A DNA stretch of 64,000 bases from the NCBI GenBank assembly GCA_963784445.1, contig CAWARO010000004.1, forward strand, positions 597,523 through 661,522. The letters are read 5' to 3'. Positions within the stretch are counted from its first letter, which is position 1. Each line of letters starts with the position of its first letter. Below are positions 11,263-22,226 of the stretch, piece by piece. This stretch comes from an uncultured Acidimicrobiia bacterium. Its GTDB lineage: Bacteria; Acidobacteriota; Vicinamibacteria; Vicinamibacterales; UBA2999. A program made the position numbers and the translations under genes. The notes under the pieces were generated by a model. That model ran no database searches and was not told where the DNA came from. It saw only the letters and a program-made list of their open reading frames with translations.

Positions 11263-12393
11263 ATGAGCCCTCGACGAACCACCATCACACGGCGAAAGTT
11301 TGCCGCCACGCTGGGCGCGGTGCCGGTACTGGCCGCGACCTCAGGACGCACCGCTGCCCAGCAGGACGATGTGGCGAGTTTGTATAGCCGATCGATCGTG
11401 ATCGATGCCCTCGCCAATCCGGGCTCGATGAACGTGTCGTGGCCGCCGCGCGGCCCGCTGTCGCCGAAACAGCGGGACGCAATTGCGGCGTCGGGGATCA
11501 CCGCGATCAACGTCACCGTCAGCTCCGACTTCGAAGGATCGGTTCGCAACATCGCACTCTGGCAAGGGGAAGTAGATCGCTATCCGACGCTTCTCTCCAT
11601 CGTCCGGCGCCACTCTGATATCGCGAAAGCGAAGCAGGACAAGACGCTTGGCTTGATGCTCGGGTTCCAGAACACCGACATGATCGACCGCGACATCACG
11701 CGGGTCGATCTGTTCCATCGCCTCGGCATCCGCATCATTCAGCTGACCTATAACGATCGCAACCTGGTCGGCGACGGTTGTCTTGAAGCGGGTAATGCCG
11801 GATTGAGCGCGTTCGGACGGCAGGTGGTCGAGCGGATGAACACGCTTGGCATCGCCGTGGACCTGAGCCACTGCGGCACGCAAACCACCGCTGACGGTAT
11901 CGCGGCCTCGACGAAACCGCCGCTGATTACGCACAGCGGCTGCCGTGAAGTGTTTCGCCACCCAAGAAGCAAGGAAGACCGCGAGCTCAAGGCCATGGCC
12001 GACAAGGGCGGCGTGGTTGGCATCTACTTCATGCCGTTCATCGGCCCCGGTCCTGGTGCGCCGACCATCGAGATGCTGATGCGCCAGATCGATCACGCCG
12101 TCAAGGTGTGCGGCGCCGATCACGTGGGGATCGGCAGCGACTTGAGCACCACGCCCATCGAGGAGACGCCCGAGTACCTGCGCGAGGCCAAGTCGTTCGT
12201 CGACATCCGGGCGAAGCGAGGTATTTCCGCACCCGAAGAATCACGGCCGCTCTTCATCCCCGAGCTCAATCACCCACGACGCCTCGAAGGCGTGGTGCGT
12301 GGCTTGCGCCAGCGCAAGTACTCGACGGACGTGATTGAAAAAGTGATTGGCGGAAACTTCCATCGCGTGTTCAAAGAGATCTGGACGCTGTGA
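11263..12393 (+). CDS. Membrane dipeptidase (peptidase M19), Tat-type signal
   Basis: TRRKF Tat motif; QLTYN, DLSH, ITHS, HVGIGSD, IGGNF. Confidence 0.9.
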   Translation: MSPRRTTITRRKFAATLGAVPVLAATSGRTAAQQDDVASLYSRSIVIDALANPGSMNVSWPPRGPLSPKQRDAIAASGITAINVTVSSDFEGSVRNIALWQGEVDRYPTLLSIVRRHSDIAKAKQDKTLGLMLGFQNTDMIDRDITRVDLFHRLGIRIIQLTYNDRNLVGDGCLEAGNAGLSAFGRQVVERMNTLGIAVDLSHCGTQTTADGIAASTKPPLITHSGCREVFRHPRSKEDRELKAMADKGGVVGIYFMPFIGPGPGAPTIEMLMRQIDHAVKVCGADHVGIGSDLSTTPIEETPEYLREAKSFVDIRAKRGISAPEESRPLFIPELNHPRRLEGVVRGLRQRKYSTDVIEKVIGGNFHRVFKEIWTL

Positions 12394-13962
12394 CGCTGGC
12401 TGGGCACGGACGGGCCGCGGCAGTCGTCGCCGTGACGGTCCTGCTCGCGATCGGCGTCGTGTCGCCGGTCCTGACACGCGGGCAACAGGCGCCGCAGTCC
12501 TTATGGGTTGACGCCACCGCCGGCGCCATCGGCGCCACGAAGCATTGGACCAACAAGGTCGAGATCGCCGACCTCAACGAAGATGGCCGGCCCGATCTGC
12601 TGTTTGCCAACGGCGGCGACTACTCGGCGCCCGGCGCGCCGGAGCCGAGCCAGGTGTTTTTCAACGGCGGCGCGGGCGCGCGCTTTGCGGAAGTCACCGA
12701 ACGAGTCCTCGGTCCCACGCCCGATCTTGCGCGCGTCATCAAGGCGCGCGATCTGAACGGCGACGGACTCACTGACATCGTCGTGGGCACGACCTACCAG
12801 AGGCAGAGCCGCTTGTACCTGGGTACTGGAAAGGGCTCGTTCACAGAAGTCACGCGCACGCACTTGCCGCAGCTGCCGCTGAGCGTCGGCGATCTCGAAG
12901 CCGGCGACGTGGATGGCGACGGCGACCTTGACCTCGTGCTGGCCGACTGGGGTGCTGGCAACAACATGACCAACGATGGCGGCCTGACCCGCCTGTGGCT
13001 CAACGACGGCACCGGCCGCTTCACCGACGCCACGGCCACGCGGCTGCCCGCCGTGACGATCCGTTTTTCGTGGGACCTCGAGCTGGCCGATGTCGACAAC
13101 GATGCCGACCTCGACGTGCTGGTGTCGTGCAAACGATGCCCGGGCGGTTCGCTGTTTCGCAACGACGGCACCGGCCAATTCACCGACGATCCGCGGGCGC
13201 TGCCGCAATACACCAACAACTACGAGTACGAGGCGATGGATCTCGACGGCGACGGCTTTCTCGACCTCGTCACGTTGAACGACGGCGAGATTGTTGCGGA
13301 AAACTCCTCGAGCCGGCGCGAGCACGTGTTCCGCAACGACGCCAAGGGCCGCTTTCGCGATGCCACGGCGGCGTGGTGGCCCGAGGCCGCCAACGTCGGT
13401 GAAGACGACAACATGGCGGCGTTTCTCGACGTTGATTCCGACGGGGATGCCGATTTCGTTGTTGGCTCGCTCAGTGGGCCCGATCGACTGCTCGTCAACG
13501 ATGGGAAGGGACGGCTGCAGGTCCGCCTCGATGTGTTCGACGGCGCGCCCACGCCAGGCACGCTCGGCCTGGCGCTCGCCGACCTTGATGCGGACGGCCG
13601 CATGGACGTGGTGCAGGGGCAAGGCGAGCACCCCAAGGCCATTGACGAACGTGTGTTTTTCGGCCGCGGCGTCGCGCCAGACACGGCCCCACCGTCGATC
13701 ACGATGGTTAGCGCGCGTGACGCTGGCGCAGGCCGGCGCATCGTGGTGGCCCGCGTCCACGATCGCAAGAGCCCGAACGCTGCCTTTCGAATGGAAGCGC
13801 GTGGTCGTGGAGTGGCCTGGCGCGGGATCGCGCGTTGTTCCGATGCGTTGGTATGGCGAGTACTTGTGGCGTGCCGACTGGCCCGCTGATGTTCCGGCCG
13901 CCGCGGCCTTCCGCGTGTGTGCTACGGATGCCGCCGGCAACAACGCGTGCGCCGCGCCTTGA
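12390..13962 (+). CDS. FG-GAP/VCBS repeat secreted protein; frameshift near 13780
   Basis: Repeated DxDGDGDLD motifs; the C-terminus continues in ORF 13291..13962 (PMRWYGEYLWRA...CATDAAGN). Confidence 0.85.
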
Positions 13963-13965
13963 TCA

Positions 13966-14184
13966 TCCACGGATTACGCGGATTTCACGGATTGAGTCGG
14001 TGAGCGCCGGGTCTTCATGCGGCCTTTGGCCGCAAGCGCGGACGAAAGCGGACCCAAAAATGAGTCCGCAGGCCGTGATGTCCGACTCATTTTTTGGTCC
14101 GCTTCCGGCCGCGCGTCGCGCCCGGCGGAGCCGGGCGCACGAGACCCGGCGCGGACCATCCGTGTAATCAGTGTAATCCGTGGA
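13966..14184. repeat. ~220 nt nested palindromic element (multi-way junction) between convergent genes
   Basis: tccacggattac.../...gtaatccgtgga termini; gcgccgggtct/agacccggcgc; aagcggacccaaaaatgagtc/gactcattttttggtccgctt; two short hairpins. Confidence 0.75.
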
Positions 14185-14188
14185 CGAC

Positions 14189-15640
14189 CTAAGACAGGAT
14201 GTCGTGGAGGACGGTGCCCGAAACGTCCGTTAAACGGAAATCTCGTCCACTGAAGTTGTAGGTGAGCTTCGTGTGGTCGATGCCCATCAGGTGCAGGATG
14301 GTGGCGTGCAGATCGTGCACATGTACCGGCTTTTCGATCGCCTTGAACCCGAAGTCGTCCGTCGCGCCGTAAGTGATCCCGCCTTTCACGCCTGCGCCGG
14401 CGAGCCACATGCTGAAGCCGAACGGGTTGTGATCGCGTCCACTCTGGGCGGTGGCCATGCCGCCGACTTCCACCACTGGCGTGCGACCGAATTCCGAACC
14501 GCACACCACCAAGGTGTCGTCGAAGAGCCCGCGTGATTTCAGATCCTTGATGACTGCCGCGAATGGTTTGTCGGAGTCCTTCGCGTTCTTGCGGTGCTGT
14601 TGGATGTCCGAGTGCGCGTCCCACGGATCGCCCTTGGCATAGTAAACCTGCACCATGCGCACGCCGCGCTCGACCAGGCGCACCGCCATCAGGCAGCCGC
14701 GCGCGGTGCTGCCGGGCCCGTACAACTCCAGCGTCGCCTTGCTCTCCTTGCGGATGTCGAACACGTCCGGCGCTTCCGTCTGCATGCGGTAAGCGGTTTC
14801 CATCGATCCGATCGCGGCTTCGAGTTGCGAATCGGCCGGCGCTGACCCGCGCTGGATCCGATCGAGCGCGGTCAGCAGGTCGATCTCGCGCCGCTGCTCG
14901 GGCAGCGTGAACGACTGGTTGTGAATGAAGGAGACGAGTTTCTTCGGATCGAAGTCCTTGCCGACAATTTGCTCGGGATGCTCCGTCTTGCTGGGAATGA
15001 AGGTGCCCTGGTGCACGGCGGGCAGGAAGGAACTGTTCCAGAGCGGCGGCCCCACCGTGGTCGGTACATCCGGGCACAGCACGACGTAGCCGGGCAGGTT
15101 CCTGTTCTCCGAGCCGAGCCCGTAAGTGAGCCATGACCCGAGCGATGGACGTCCGACCTGGATGTGGCCGGTATTCATCATCAGCATCGAGGGTTCGTGG
15201 TTCGGAATGTCGGTGGTCATCGAGCGGATCACGCAGATGTCGTCGGCGCACGCGCCGACATGCGGGAACAGCTCGCTCACTTCGAGGCCACTCTTGCCGT
15301 AGCGGGTGAACTCGAACGGCGACCTCATCAAGGTGCCCGTCTTACGCTCGGTGGCGACCGTGCCGCCCGGTAGCGGCTGGCCGTGATACTTGGTCAGCAT
15401 CGGTTTCGGGTCGAAGCTGTCAACTTGCGACAGCCCGCCGTTCATGAACAGGAAGATGACGTGCTTGGCGCGCGCGGGATGGTGCAGCCCGCCCGATTGG
15501 GTCACGGCTTTCGGACGCTGCTCCGCTGCCGCCGAGAGCGATTGCGACATCAGGCCGGCAAACGCCATCATGCCGAAGCCGCTGCCCATACGGCAGAGCG
15601 CTTCGCGGCGTGTCACGGGCGGGCGGGATCGATGCGACAT
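14189..15640 (-). CDS. DUF1501 domain protein (Tat-exported)
   Basis: TRREAL Tat motif; IFLFMNGGLSQVDSFDPKP, WDAH, SEFGRTP, GRDH, HDLHAT. Confidence 0.92.
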   Translation of the reverse strand: MSHRSRPPVTRREALCRMGSGFGMMAFAGLMSQSLSAAAEQRPKAVTQSGGLHHPARAKHVIFLFMNGGLSQVDSFDPKPMLTKYHGQPLPGGTVATERKTGTLMRSPFEFTRYGKSGLEVSELFPHVGACADDICVIRSMTTDIPNHEPSMLMMNTGHIQVGRPSLGSWLTYGLGSENRNLPGYVVLCPDVPTTVGPPLWNSSFLPAVHQGTFIPSKTEHPEQIVGKDFDPKKLVSFIHNQSFTLPEQRREIDLLTALDRIQRGSAPADSQLEAAIGSMETAYRMQTEAPDVFDIRKESKATLELYGPGSTARGCLMAVRLVERGVRMVQVYYAKGDPWDAHSDIQQHRKNAKDSDKPFAAVIKDLKSRGLFDDTLVVCGSEFGRTPVVEVGGMATAQSGRDHNPFGFSMWLAGAGVKGGITYGATDDFGFKAIEKPVHVHDLHATILHLMGIDHTKLTYNFSGRDFRLTDVSGTVLHDILS

Positions 15641-15641
15641 G

Positions 15642-18600
15642 TCAGCTCACAAACAGGAACTCGTTTGAGCTCAGCAACACTTTGATGTAGCGGCCGAACG
15701 TCGTCACCGGCAACATCTTCTTCTTCTCGTCCTCGGCGGTCTTCACGCCGGGTGAGACGCCGGCCATCATGCCGTCCGCGGGAGGCGCCTGTTCGTCCGC
15801 TGCGGTCGTGCCCGGCTCTTGCTTCGGTGCCGCCTCGGGCTTGGTCATCGCCGGCGCGGTCTTGGCTTCGGCCTTGCGATCGTCGTACTGCTTCAATGCC
15901 TCGGCCTGCAGGAACGCATTGGCGGCCTTCAATTCATCTGCGGTTGGTGCGCGCCCGAAGAGCAGGCGATACACCTTTTCGATTCGTGCCGTATCGTCCG
16001 GTAAGTCGGCCACCTTTTCCGCCAGGCGCTCGGCGTGCTGCTGGATGAAGTCGCTGTTCATGAAGAACAGGCGCTGCAACGGCACGGTGGTGGCGAAGCG
16101 TTGTTCGGCGGACTGGCTTGGACTGGGAAAGTCGAACAGCTGCAGGAACTCATCCAGCTTGTAGCGGCTCACCTTGCCGTAGATGGTTCGCCGATTCGCC
16201 AGCGGCGTCAGCGGCACCGACGGTCCGCCGAGGCGCGAATCGAGTGCGCCCGAGACCATCAGCACCGAATCACGAATCTGCTCGGCGCTGAGGCGCCGCC
16301 GCGTGGCGCGCCAGTACAAACGGTTGCCGGCATCTTTCGCGAAGGCGGCCGGCTGTTGATCGCCGCTCAACTGGTACACCGCGCTGCGCATGATCTCGCG
16401 GTGCAGGGCTTTGATCGACATGCCATTGGCGGCAAAGACGTTGGCGAGATGATCGAGCAGCTCGGGATGCGTCGGCCGCTCGCCGTTGATACCGAAGTTG
16501 CTCGGCGTGTTGACCAGGCCGGTGCCGAAGTGACCCTTCCACACGCGATTGACGATCACGCGCAGGGCTAGCGGATGCGCGGCGATGTTCCGCGCCAGGT
16601 CGAGACGGCCGCTCCCTTTCGAGAACGTCACACGGTCGGCGGGGCTGAGCACCGAGGGAAAACCGCGCGGCACCGTGTCGCCAAGCCTCAGCGGGTTGCC
16701 GCGCAGGTGGACCTGGAGATCGACCGGCTTCTCGAGGTCACGCACGCCGTGCACGTAGGCGTACTTAGGTTCGAGTGCCTTCGCTGCCGACTCGATGTCC
16801 TTGCGCAGGTTCTCGATCAGGGTGCGGCGATCGGCACCCAGCCGCTGTTCGAGGCCCCAGCCGCGGAAGCGGAGCAGGCCCGGCTTCGGCTCCCGGCCGG
16901 GCACGAACGTGTCGTCTTCGAGGTTCACGATGAAGACATCGCGATAGAGCGCCACGCGATCCTTCGTCATGCTGCGCAGCTCGAGGCCGCAGCCAGGGCA
17001 GAAGTCGTCGTTGGTCTTGAACTCGTTGGGCTTGTTGGCCGGCTTCTTCGGCTTGGTCGACGGCAGGGCCTGCGCCCTGATGATGTCGTTCTCTTTCTTG
17101 AGCTCGCGTTCTTCGAGCAGCACACTCACAATCAGCTGCTGGAACGCGGTGGCGAGCTTCTCGGCTTCCTTCGCCGTGCCGCCCGTCGCGATCATTGCCT
17201 GCCAATCCTTCAAGTACGGATAGTAGGTGGGCTTGCGCTGGAGAAACGCGAGCCAGCGATCGAACAGCTCGTAGTCGAGCTTGTCCTTCTCGATCACCTC
17301 GGCCTTGTCCTTCTTCGGCTCGCCCGTCACCTGCCACGCGGCCTGCATGTACTTCGCCGCCTGGAATGCGAGCGTGCCCGCAAGTTGCTGCCCTTCGGTG
17401 TTGGTGTATTCGCCCAGCATCTGGCGCTTCTGGGTGAGCGCCTCCTCGCGGGCCTTGTGATCCTCGACGATGGCCTTGGGCGCGAGCGGGTATTCGTGGT
17501 ACTCGGTGTTGAGGAACACGCCCGCCAGCGAGTAATAGTCCTTGGTTGGAATCGGGTCGTACTTGTGATCGTGGCAACGCGCGCAACCCACCGTGAGGCC
17601 GAGCATGCCGCGCGTGACGGCATCCACGCGGTCGTGCCGCTCGTCGGCGCGCATGATTTCCACCGCGCCGTTGTCGTAGTACCACGGGCCGAGGCCGAGG
17701 AACCCCAGTGCCGGCAGGTGGCGAAGGCGCGCCGGCTCGTCGAGCAGATCCGCCGCGAGCTGCGCGGTGACGAACTGGTCGTAGGGGAGATCGTCGTTGA
17801 ACGCGCGGATCACCCAATCACGATAAAGATGCGCGTTGGGGTAAGGATTGAACCCGCGGCCCATCGGATCGAGGCTGCGGTAATCGTCTTCTCCATACCG
17901 TGCCACGTCCAGCCAGATGCGACCCCACGCTTCGCCGTACTGCGGTGATGCGAGCAGGCGGTCGATTGCCTTTGCATACGCGTCGGGCGATTCGTCTTTC
18001 AGAAACGCATCGACGTCATCCGAAGAAGGCGGCAGGCCGGTGAGATCGAACGTGGCGCGGCGCAGCAGTGTGAGCTTGTCGGCCTGACCGACTGGCGACA
18101 GCCCGTCCTGTTCCAGCCGCGCGAGGATAAATCGATCGATGTCGGTTCGCGGCCAGTCGCCACGCCGTACAGCAGGCGGCGCGGGCTTAGCGAGCGGACG
18201 GAACGCCCAGAACGCGCGCTCCTCAGCGGTGATCACGCGCTCATGCGACACGGCCGGCGCCGGTTCGGCGGTGTTCGCCGAAGGCCAGACCGCGCCACCC
18301 TTGATCCACTCGGCCAGCGCGTCGATGTCGGCCGCCGACAACTTCCCGCGGCCGCGCGGCATTCGCGGAAAGCCTTCCGCGTGCTGCACGACCTTCAGCA
18401 GCGTGCTTTTCTCGGGATCGCCTGGAACGATCGCCGGTCCCGTTTCACCGCCGCGGAGCAATCCCTCCCGAGAATCCACGCGAAGGCCGGCCGTCGCCGT
18501 TTCACCATGACAGGCCTGGCAATTGGCGGCGAGCAGCGGTCTGATCCGGGTTTCGAAGAACGTCGCGGCCTCTTGTGGTGTTGCCGGGCGTGCGGCTTGA

Positions 18601-18701
18601 GGCGGTGCCTGGCCCGCGCGCAGGCCCGTGCCGGCCAGCAGGAGAGCGGACAACACCAAGAGAAGATGTGGAATGCGCGCGGCGCGCTGCCATGACCCCA
18701 T
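15642..18701 (-). CDS. Planctomycete cytochrome c / DUF1549 / DUF1553 (PSD1) protein
   Basis: CQACH and CARCHDHKYDPI haem motifs, FFETRIRPLL, DLTGLPP, VNRVW, PTHPELLD; canonical partner of DUF1501. Confidence 0.92.
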   Translation of the reverse strand: MGSWQRAARIPHLLLVLSALLLAGTGLRAGQAPPQAARPATPQEAATFFETRIRPLLAANCQACHGETATAGLRVDSREGLLRGGETGPAIVPGDPEKSTLLKVVQHAEGFPRMPRGRGKLSAADIDALAEWIKGGAVWPSANTAEPAPAVSHERVITAEERAFWAFRPLAKPAPPAVRRGDWPRTDIDRFILARLEQDGLSPVGQADKLTLLRRATFDLTGLPPSSDDVDAFLKDESPDAYAKAIDRLLASPQYGEAWGRIWLDVARYGEDDYRSLDPMGRGFNPYPNAHLYRDWVIRAFNDDLPYDQFVTAQLAADLLDEPARLRHLPALGFLGLGPWYYDNGAVEIMRADERHDRVDAVTRGMLGLTVGCARCHDHKYDPIPTKDYYSLAGVFLNTEYHEYPLAPKAIVEDHKAREEALTQKRQMLGEYTNTEGQQLAGTLAFQAAKYMQAAWQVTGEPKKDKAEVIEKDKLDYELFDRWLAFLQRKPTYYPYLKDWQAMIATGGTAKEAEKLATAFQQLIVSVLLEERELKKENDIIRAQALPSTKPKKPANKPNEFKTNDDFCPGCGLELRSMTKDRVALYRDVFIVNLEDDTFVPGREPKPGLLRFRGWGLEQRLGADRRTLIENLRKDIESAAKALEPKYAYVHGVRDLEKPVDLQVHLRGNPLRLGDTVPRGFPSVLSPADRVTFSKGSGRLDLARNIAAHPLALRVIVNRVWKGHFGTGLVNTPSNFGINGERPTHPELLDHLANVFAANGMSIKALHREIMRSAVYQLSGDQQPAAFAKDAGNRLYWRATRRRLSAEQIRDSVLMVSGALDSRLGGPSVPLTPLANRRTIYGKVSRYKLDEFLQLFDFPSPSQSAEQRFATTVPLQRLFFMNSDFIQQHAERLAEKVADLPDDTARIEKVYRLLFGRAPTADELKAANAFLQAEALKQYDDRKAEAKTAPAMTKPEAAPKQEPGTTAADEQAPPADGMMAGVSPGVKTAEDEKKKMLPVTTFGRYIKVLLSSNEFLFVS

Positions 18702-18726
18702 CGGCGATTAAGTATGATGCCATCGC

Positions 18727-19696
18727 ATGATTCGGCAAGGAGTTTTCGTGGTGTTCGGATTGGCGCAGGCCTTCACACCTGTCGTAGGGGCGGGACTTCA
18801 GTCCCGCCCAATTCCCATTTCCACTCTGAAAACCGACGCCATCCTGGCCATCGCGCTGGCGCCAGGCGCGGCCGCCTCGGACGACGCCATCTGGATCCCC
18901 GATCGGAACGCCGGCACGGTCGTCAGGGTCGAGGCGAAAGACAACCGCATCAGCGCGCCAATCGCGGTCGGCGCCACACCCTGTGCGTCGCTCGTGGTGG
19001 CCTTCACGAGCGTCTGGGTACCGTCGTGTGGTGATCGCGTCATTGCCCGCGTCACCACGTCCGATTTGAAGGTGTCGGCGAAAGCCGCGATTGGAGTGGC
19101 CGATCCGGATGGGCGCATCGCCGCCGGCGTCGGTAGTATCTGGGTGATCACCGACCGCAAAGGCATCGTGTCCCGTCTTGATCCCGACACCAACGCCGCC
19201 GTGGCCGAGATCCACGTCGCGAGCGGCGCAGCGTCCGTGGTGTTTGCAAGTGACGCACTCTGGGTGACGAGCGGCGGCCGCAATCACTTGACGCGCATCA
19301 ACCCGCACAACAACGAGATCGTGGAAACCATCGAGGTCGGGCCGAACCCCGGCAGAGTGGCTGCCGCCGACGGGGCGGTGTGGACGCTCAACCGAGGCCA
19401 ATGGCTCGGTGACTCGCGTCGATGCCGCCACGAACAAGGTCGTGGCCACGATTGACGTCGGCAAGAACGTGGCGGAGGGCGAGATCGCCGCGGGCGAAGG
19501 CTCGGTGTGGATCAGCGCGCCGGGCGTGCCGCTGGTGCGGATCGATCCAAGAACCAACAAAGTGGCGCAACGATTCAGCGGCGATGGCGGCGGCGCGGTG
19601 CTCGTCGCTCATGGGTCGCTCTGGCTCGCCGCCGGACCGCAGCTCACCTGGCGGCTCGACCCGAAACTTGTTGCGGGCATGCGGGCCACCGATTGA
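18727..19696 (+). CDS. YncE/Vgb-like beta-propeller protein; frameshift near 19400
   Basis: Repeats of 'G.VWV....V.RID..TN.V...I.VG'; joins ORFs 18727..19455 and 19409..19696. Confidence 0.75.
18784..18809 (+). repeat. GTAG-type REP palindrome inside coding sequence
   Basis: gtag-gggcgggact-tc-agtcccgccc; related copies at 35945-35969 and 36026-36049 on the opposite strand. Confidence 0.7.
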
Positions 19697-19744
19697 CACC
19701 GATTAGACGCCGATACACGGACACGCTGCTAGAGTGAAGGCGAC

Positions 19745-20866
19745 ATGAACATGAAGAGCAGATCCGCATTCGTGGCCGCCGCACTGCTGCTGTGGCTCTC
19801 GTCACCTTTCATTCGCGCGCAGGGCGTGCCGGAAGGTCCCGTCGGCCCGTCGCCGTACGATGTGGTCCGCGGCTGGCACAAGCCGTTTGCCGAGCCTGGC
19901 TTTGCCTTCGGCGGCAACTCCGGCGTGTTCGCCGAATCGCCCGATCGCATCTTCGTGGCGCAGCGCGGTGAGTTCCGCCTGCCCGATCCGATTCCGCCCG
20001 CCTTTACCGGCTTCGCCGGCTCCATCGGCATGAACGTGCTCACGCTCGCGGATCGGCGGGTCTGGAAAAACTGCCTCTACACGCTCGATCGCAACGGCAA
20101 GGTGAAAGAGCTCTGGACCCAATGGGATCATCTCTGCGAGGGCTCGAGCGGACCGGGCCCGCATCGCATTCGCATCAGCCCGTACGATCGCGATCGCCGC
20201 GTGTGGGTGATCAACGAGACCTTCCACCAGATCTATGTGTTCTCGAACGACGGCAAGCGCCTGCTGAAGACGCTCGGCGAGAAGAACGTCCCCGGCGCGG
20301 ACGCCACGCATTTCGCGCGGCCGCAGGATGTGGCCTTCCTTCCTGACGGGCGCATCCTGATCGCCGACGGCCTCGACAACCATCGCGTCATGATCTTCGA
20401 CCGCGACATCAACTATCTCGGTGAATTCGGCGGCTCGGGCAAGGGACCCGGCCAGTTCAGCGGCGTGCACGCGGTGGCGGTGGGACCCGAGGGCCGCATC
20501 TTCGCGCTCGATCGATCGGGCGGCCGCATCAACGTGTTCAAGACCACCACCGATCCGAAGAAGATGGAATTCGTCGATGCCTGGCCGGGCTTCTCGTTGC
20601 CGCTGGATCTCATCGTCAATGACGATGGGGTGTGGATGACCGACTTGAAGCCGCTGCGATTCGTGAAGCTGAACTTCAAGGGCGAGCGGCAGTACACGTG
20701 GCACGTGCCGCCCGATCTGCCAGATGGCTACCTCGAGGTGCACACCTTCTCGGTGGACTCGGCGGGCAATTTGTACGGCGGCGACAATCAATACGGCCGC
20801 ACGCAGAAGTTCGTGCCGAAGAAGGGCGCCGATCCGAAGTTGTTGATTCGCGCGCCGTGGCGATAG
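19745..20866 (+). CDS. NHL-repeat protein
   Basis: Signal peptide; FARPQDVAF, IADGLDNHRV, GPGQFSGVHAVAV. Confidence 0.8.
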   Translation: MNMKSRSAFVAAALLLWLSSPFIRAQGVPEGPVGPSPYDVVRGWHKPFAEPGFAFGGNSGVFAESPDRIFVAQRGEFRLPDPIPPAFTGFAGSIGMNVLTLADRRVWKNCLYTLDRNGKVKELWTQWDHLCEGSSGPGPHRIRISPYDRDRRVWVINETFHQIYVFSNDGKRLLKTLGEKNVPGADATHFARPQDVAFLPDGRILIADGLDNHRVMIFDRDINYLGEFGGSGKGPGQFSGVHAVAVGPEGRIFALDRSGGRINVFKTTTDPKKMEFVDAWPGFSLPLDLIVNDDGVWMTDLKPLRFVKLNFKGERQYTWHVPPDLPDGYLEVHTFSVDSAGNLYGGDNQYGRTQKFVPKKGADPKLLIRAPWR

Positions 20867-20905
20867 CTCGATAGCGAAAGTCCCATCGAATGTGTTACAA
20901 CGCCC

Positions 20906-22214
20906 ATGCTCCAGCCGCTTTACCGCTCCCTCGCGCTCATTCTCCTGACCGGCTTCACCGTCTACCGCGCAGCAGGGCTCCGCGCCGCAGAGAGCCGCCA
21001 CATCGCAGCCATCCCTCGCGCCGTCCGCGGTTGGCGTTTCCGCGCAGCGGTTGCAACGGCTGCACGACGGGATGAAAGGCTTCATCGATCGCAACGAAGC
21101 CGCCGGCATCGTCACGCTGATCATGCGCGAGGGGAAAATGGTGGACATCCACGCCACCGGCTTCCAGGACAAGGACAGCAAGACGCCGATGCGGACCACC
21201 ACCATGTTCCGTATCGCGTCGATGACCAAGCCGATCACCAGCGTGGCGGTGATGATGCTGTACGAGGAAGGCAAGTTGTTCCTCACGGATCCCGTGTCGA
21301 AATTCATTCCGGCATTCAAGGGGCAGCAGGTGCTCGAGCAGGGTGCAGACAAGCCCGTGCCCGCCCGCCGGCAGACGAACCTTCGCGATCTGCTGACGCA
21401 TCGCTCCGGCATTACCTATGGTTTCTTCAATGGCGGACCTGTCGGCAACAGCTATCGCAAGAACGGCGTGACCGACGGACTCACGACGACCACGATGACG
21501 CTGGCGGAAGCGATCGACAAGCTGGCGGCGGAACCGCTGGTGGCGCACCCGGGAACGGCTTTCAACTACTCGCTGTCCACCGACGTGCTCGGCCGCGTCG
21601 TGGAAGTGGCGTCAGGCCAGCCGTTCGAAGTGTTCTTGCGAGAGCGGATCTTCAAGCCGTTGAAGATGACCGACACCGATTTCGTGGTTCCGGAAGCGAA
21701 GTGGTCGCGAATGGCCACGGTCTATTCGCCGGATGGATCGTCCGGGATCAGGCCGATGAAAGATCCCGAAAGTTTTGCCAACACGCACATGTCGCCGGTG
21801 GCGTACTACAAGTCGAAGACGTATTTCTCCGGAGGCGCGGGGCTCGTGTCAACGGCGGCGGACTATGCGCGTTTCGGGCAGATGCTGCTGAACGGTGGAA
21901 CGTTGGACGGCGTGCAGATTCTCAGTCCGAAGACGATTGAGTTGATGAGCATGAGCCATACCGCCGACCTGCCGAGCATTCCGATCGCCGGTCCCGGGTA
22001 TGGCTTCGGTCTCGGCTTCAGCGTGCTCACGGATCTCGCCACCACGGCGGCCCTCGGCTCGGCCGGCAGTTACGGCTGGAGCGGCATCTACGGCACCACG
22101 TTCTGGGTCGATCCGAAGGAGAAGCTGGTGGCGATCATGCTGGTGCAGCGGTACCCGGGGTCAACGGTTGCCGCTGCATTCAGGCCGCTGGTCTATCAGG
22201 CGCTCACTCGATAG
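20906..22214 (+). CDS. Serine hydrolase, beta-lactamase/AmpC-like family; frameshift after the signal peptide (~20970)
   Basis: FRIASMTK (SxxK), LLTHRSG, FNYS, GGAGLVST, YGWSG. Confidence 0.88.
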
Positions 22215-22226
22215 ACAAAAGTCCCG

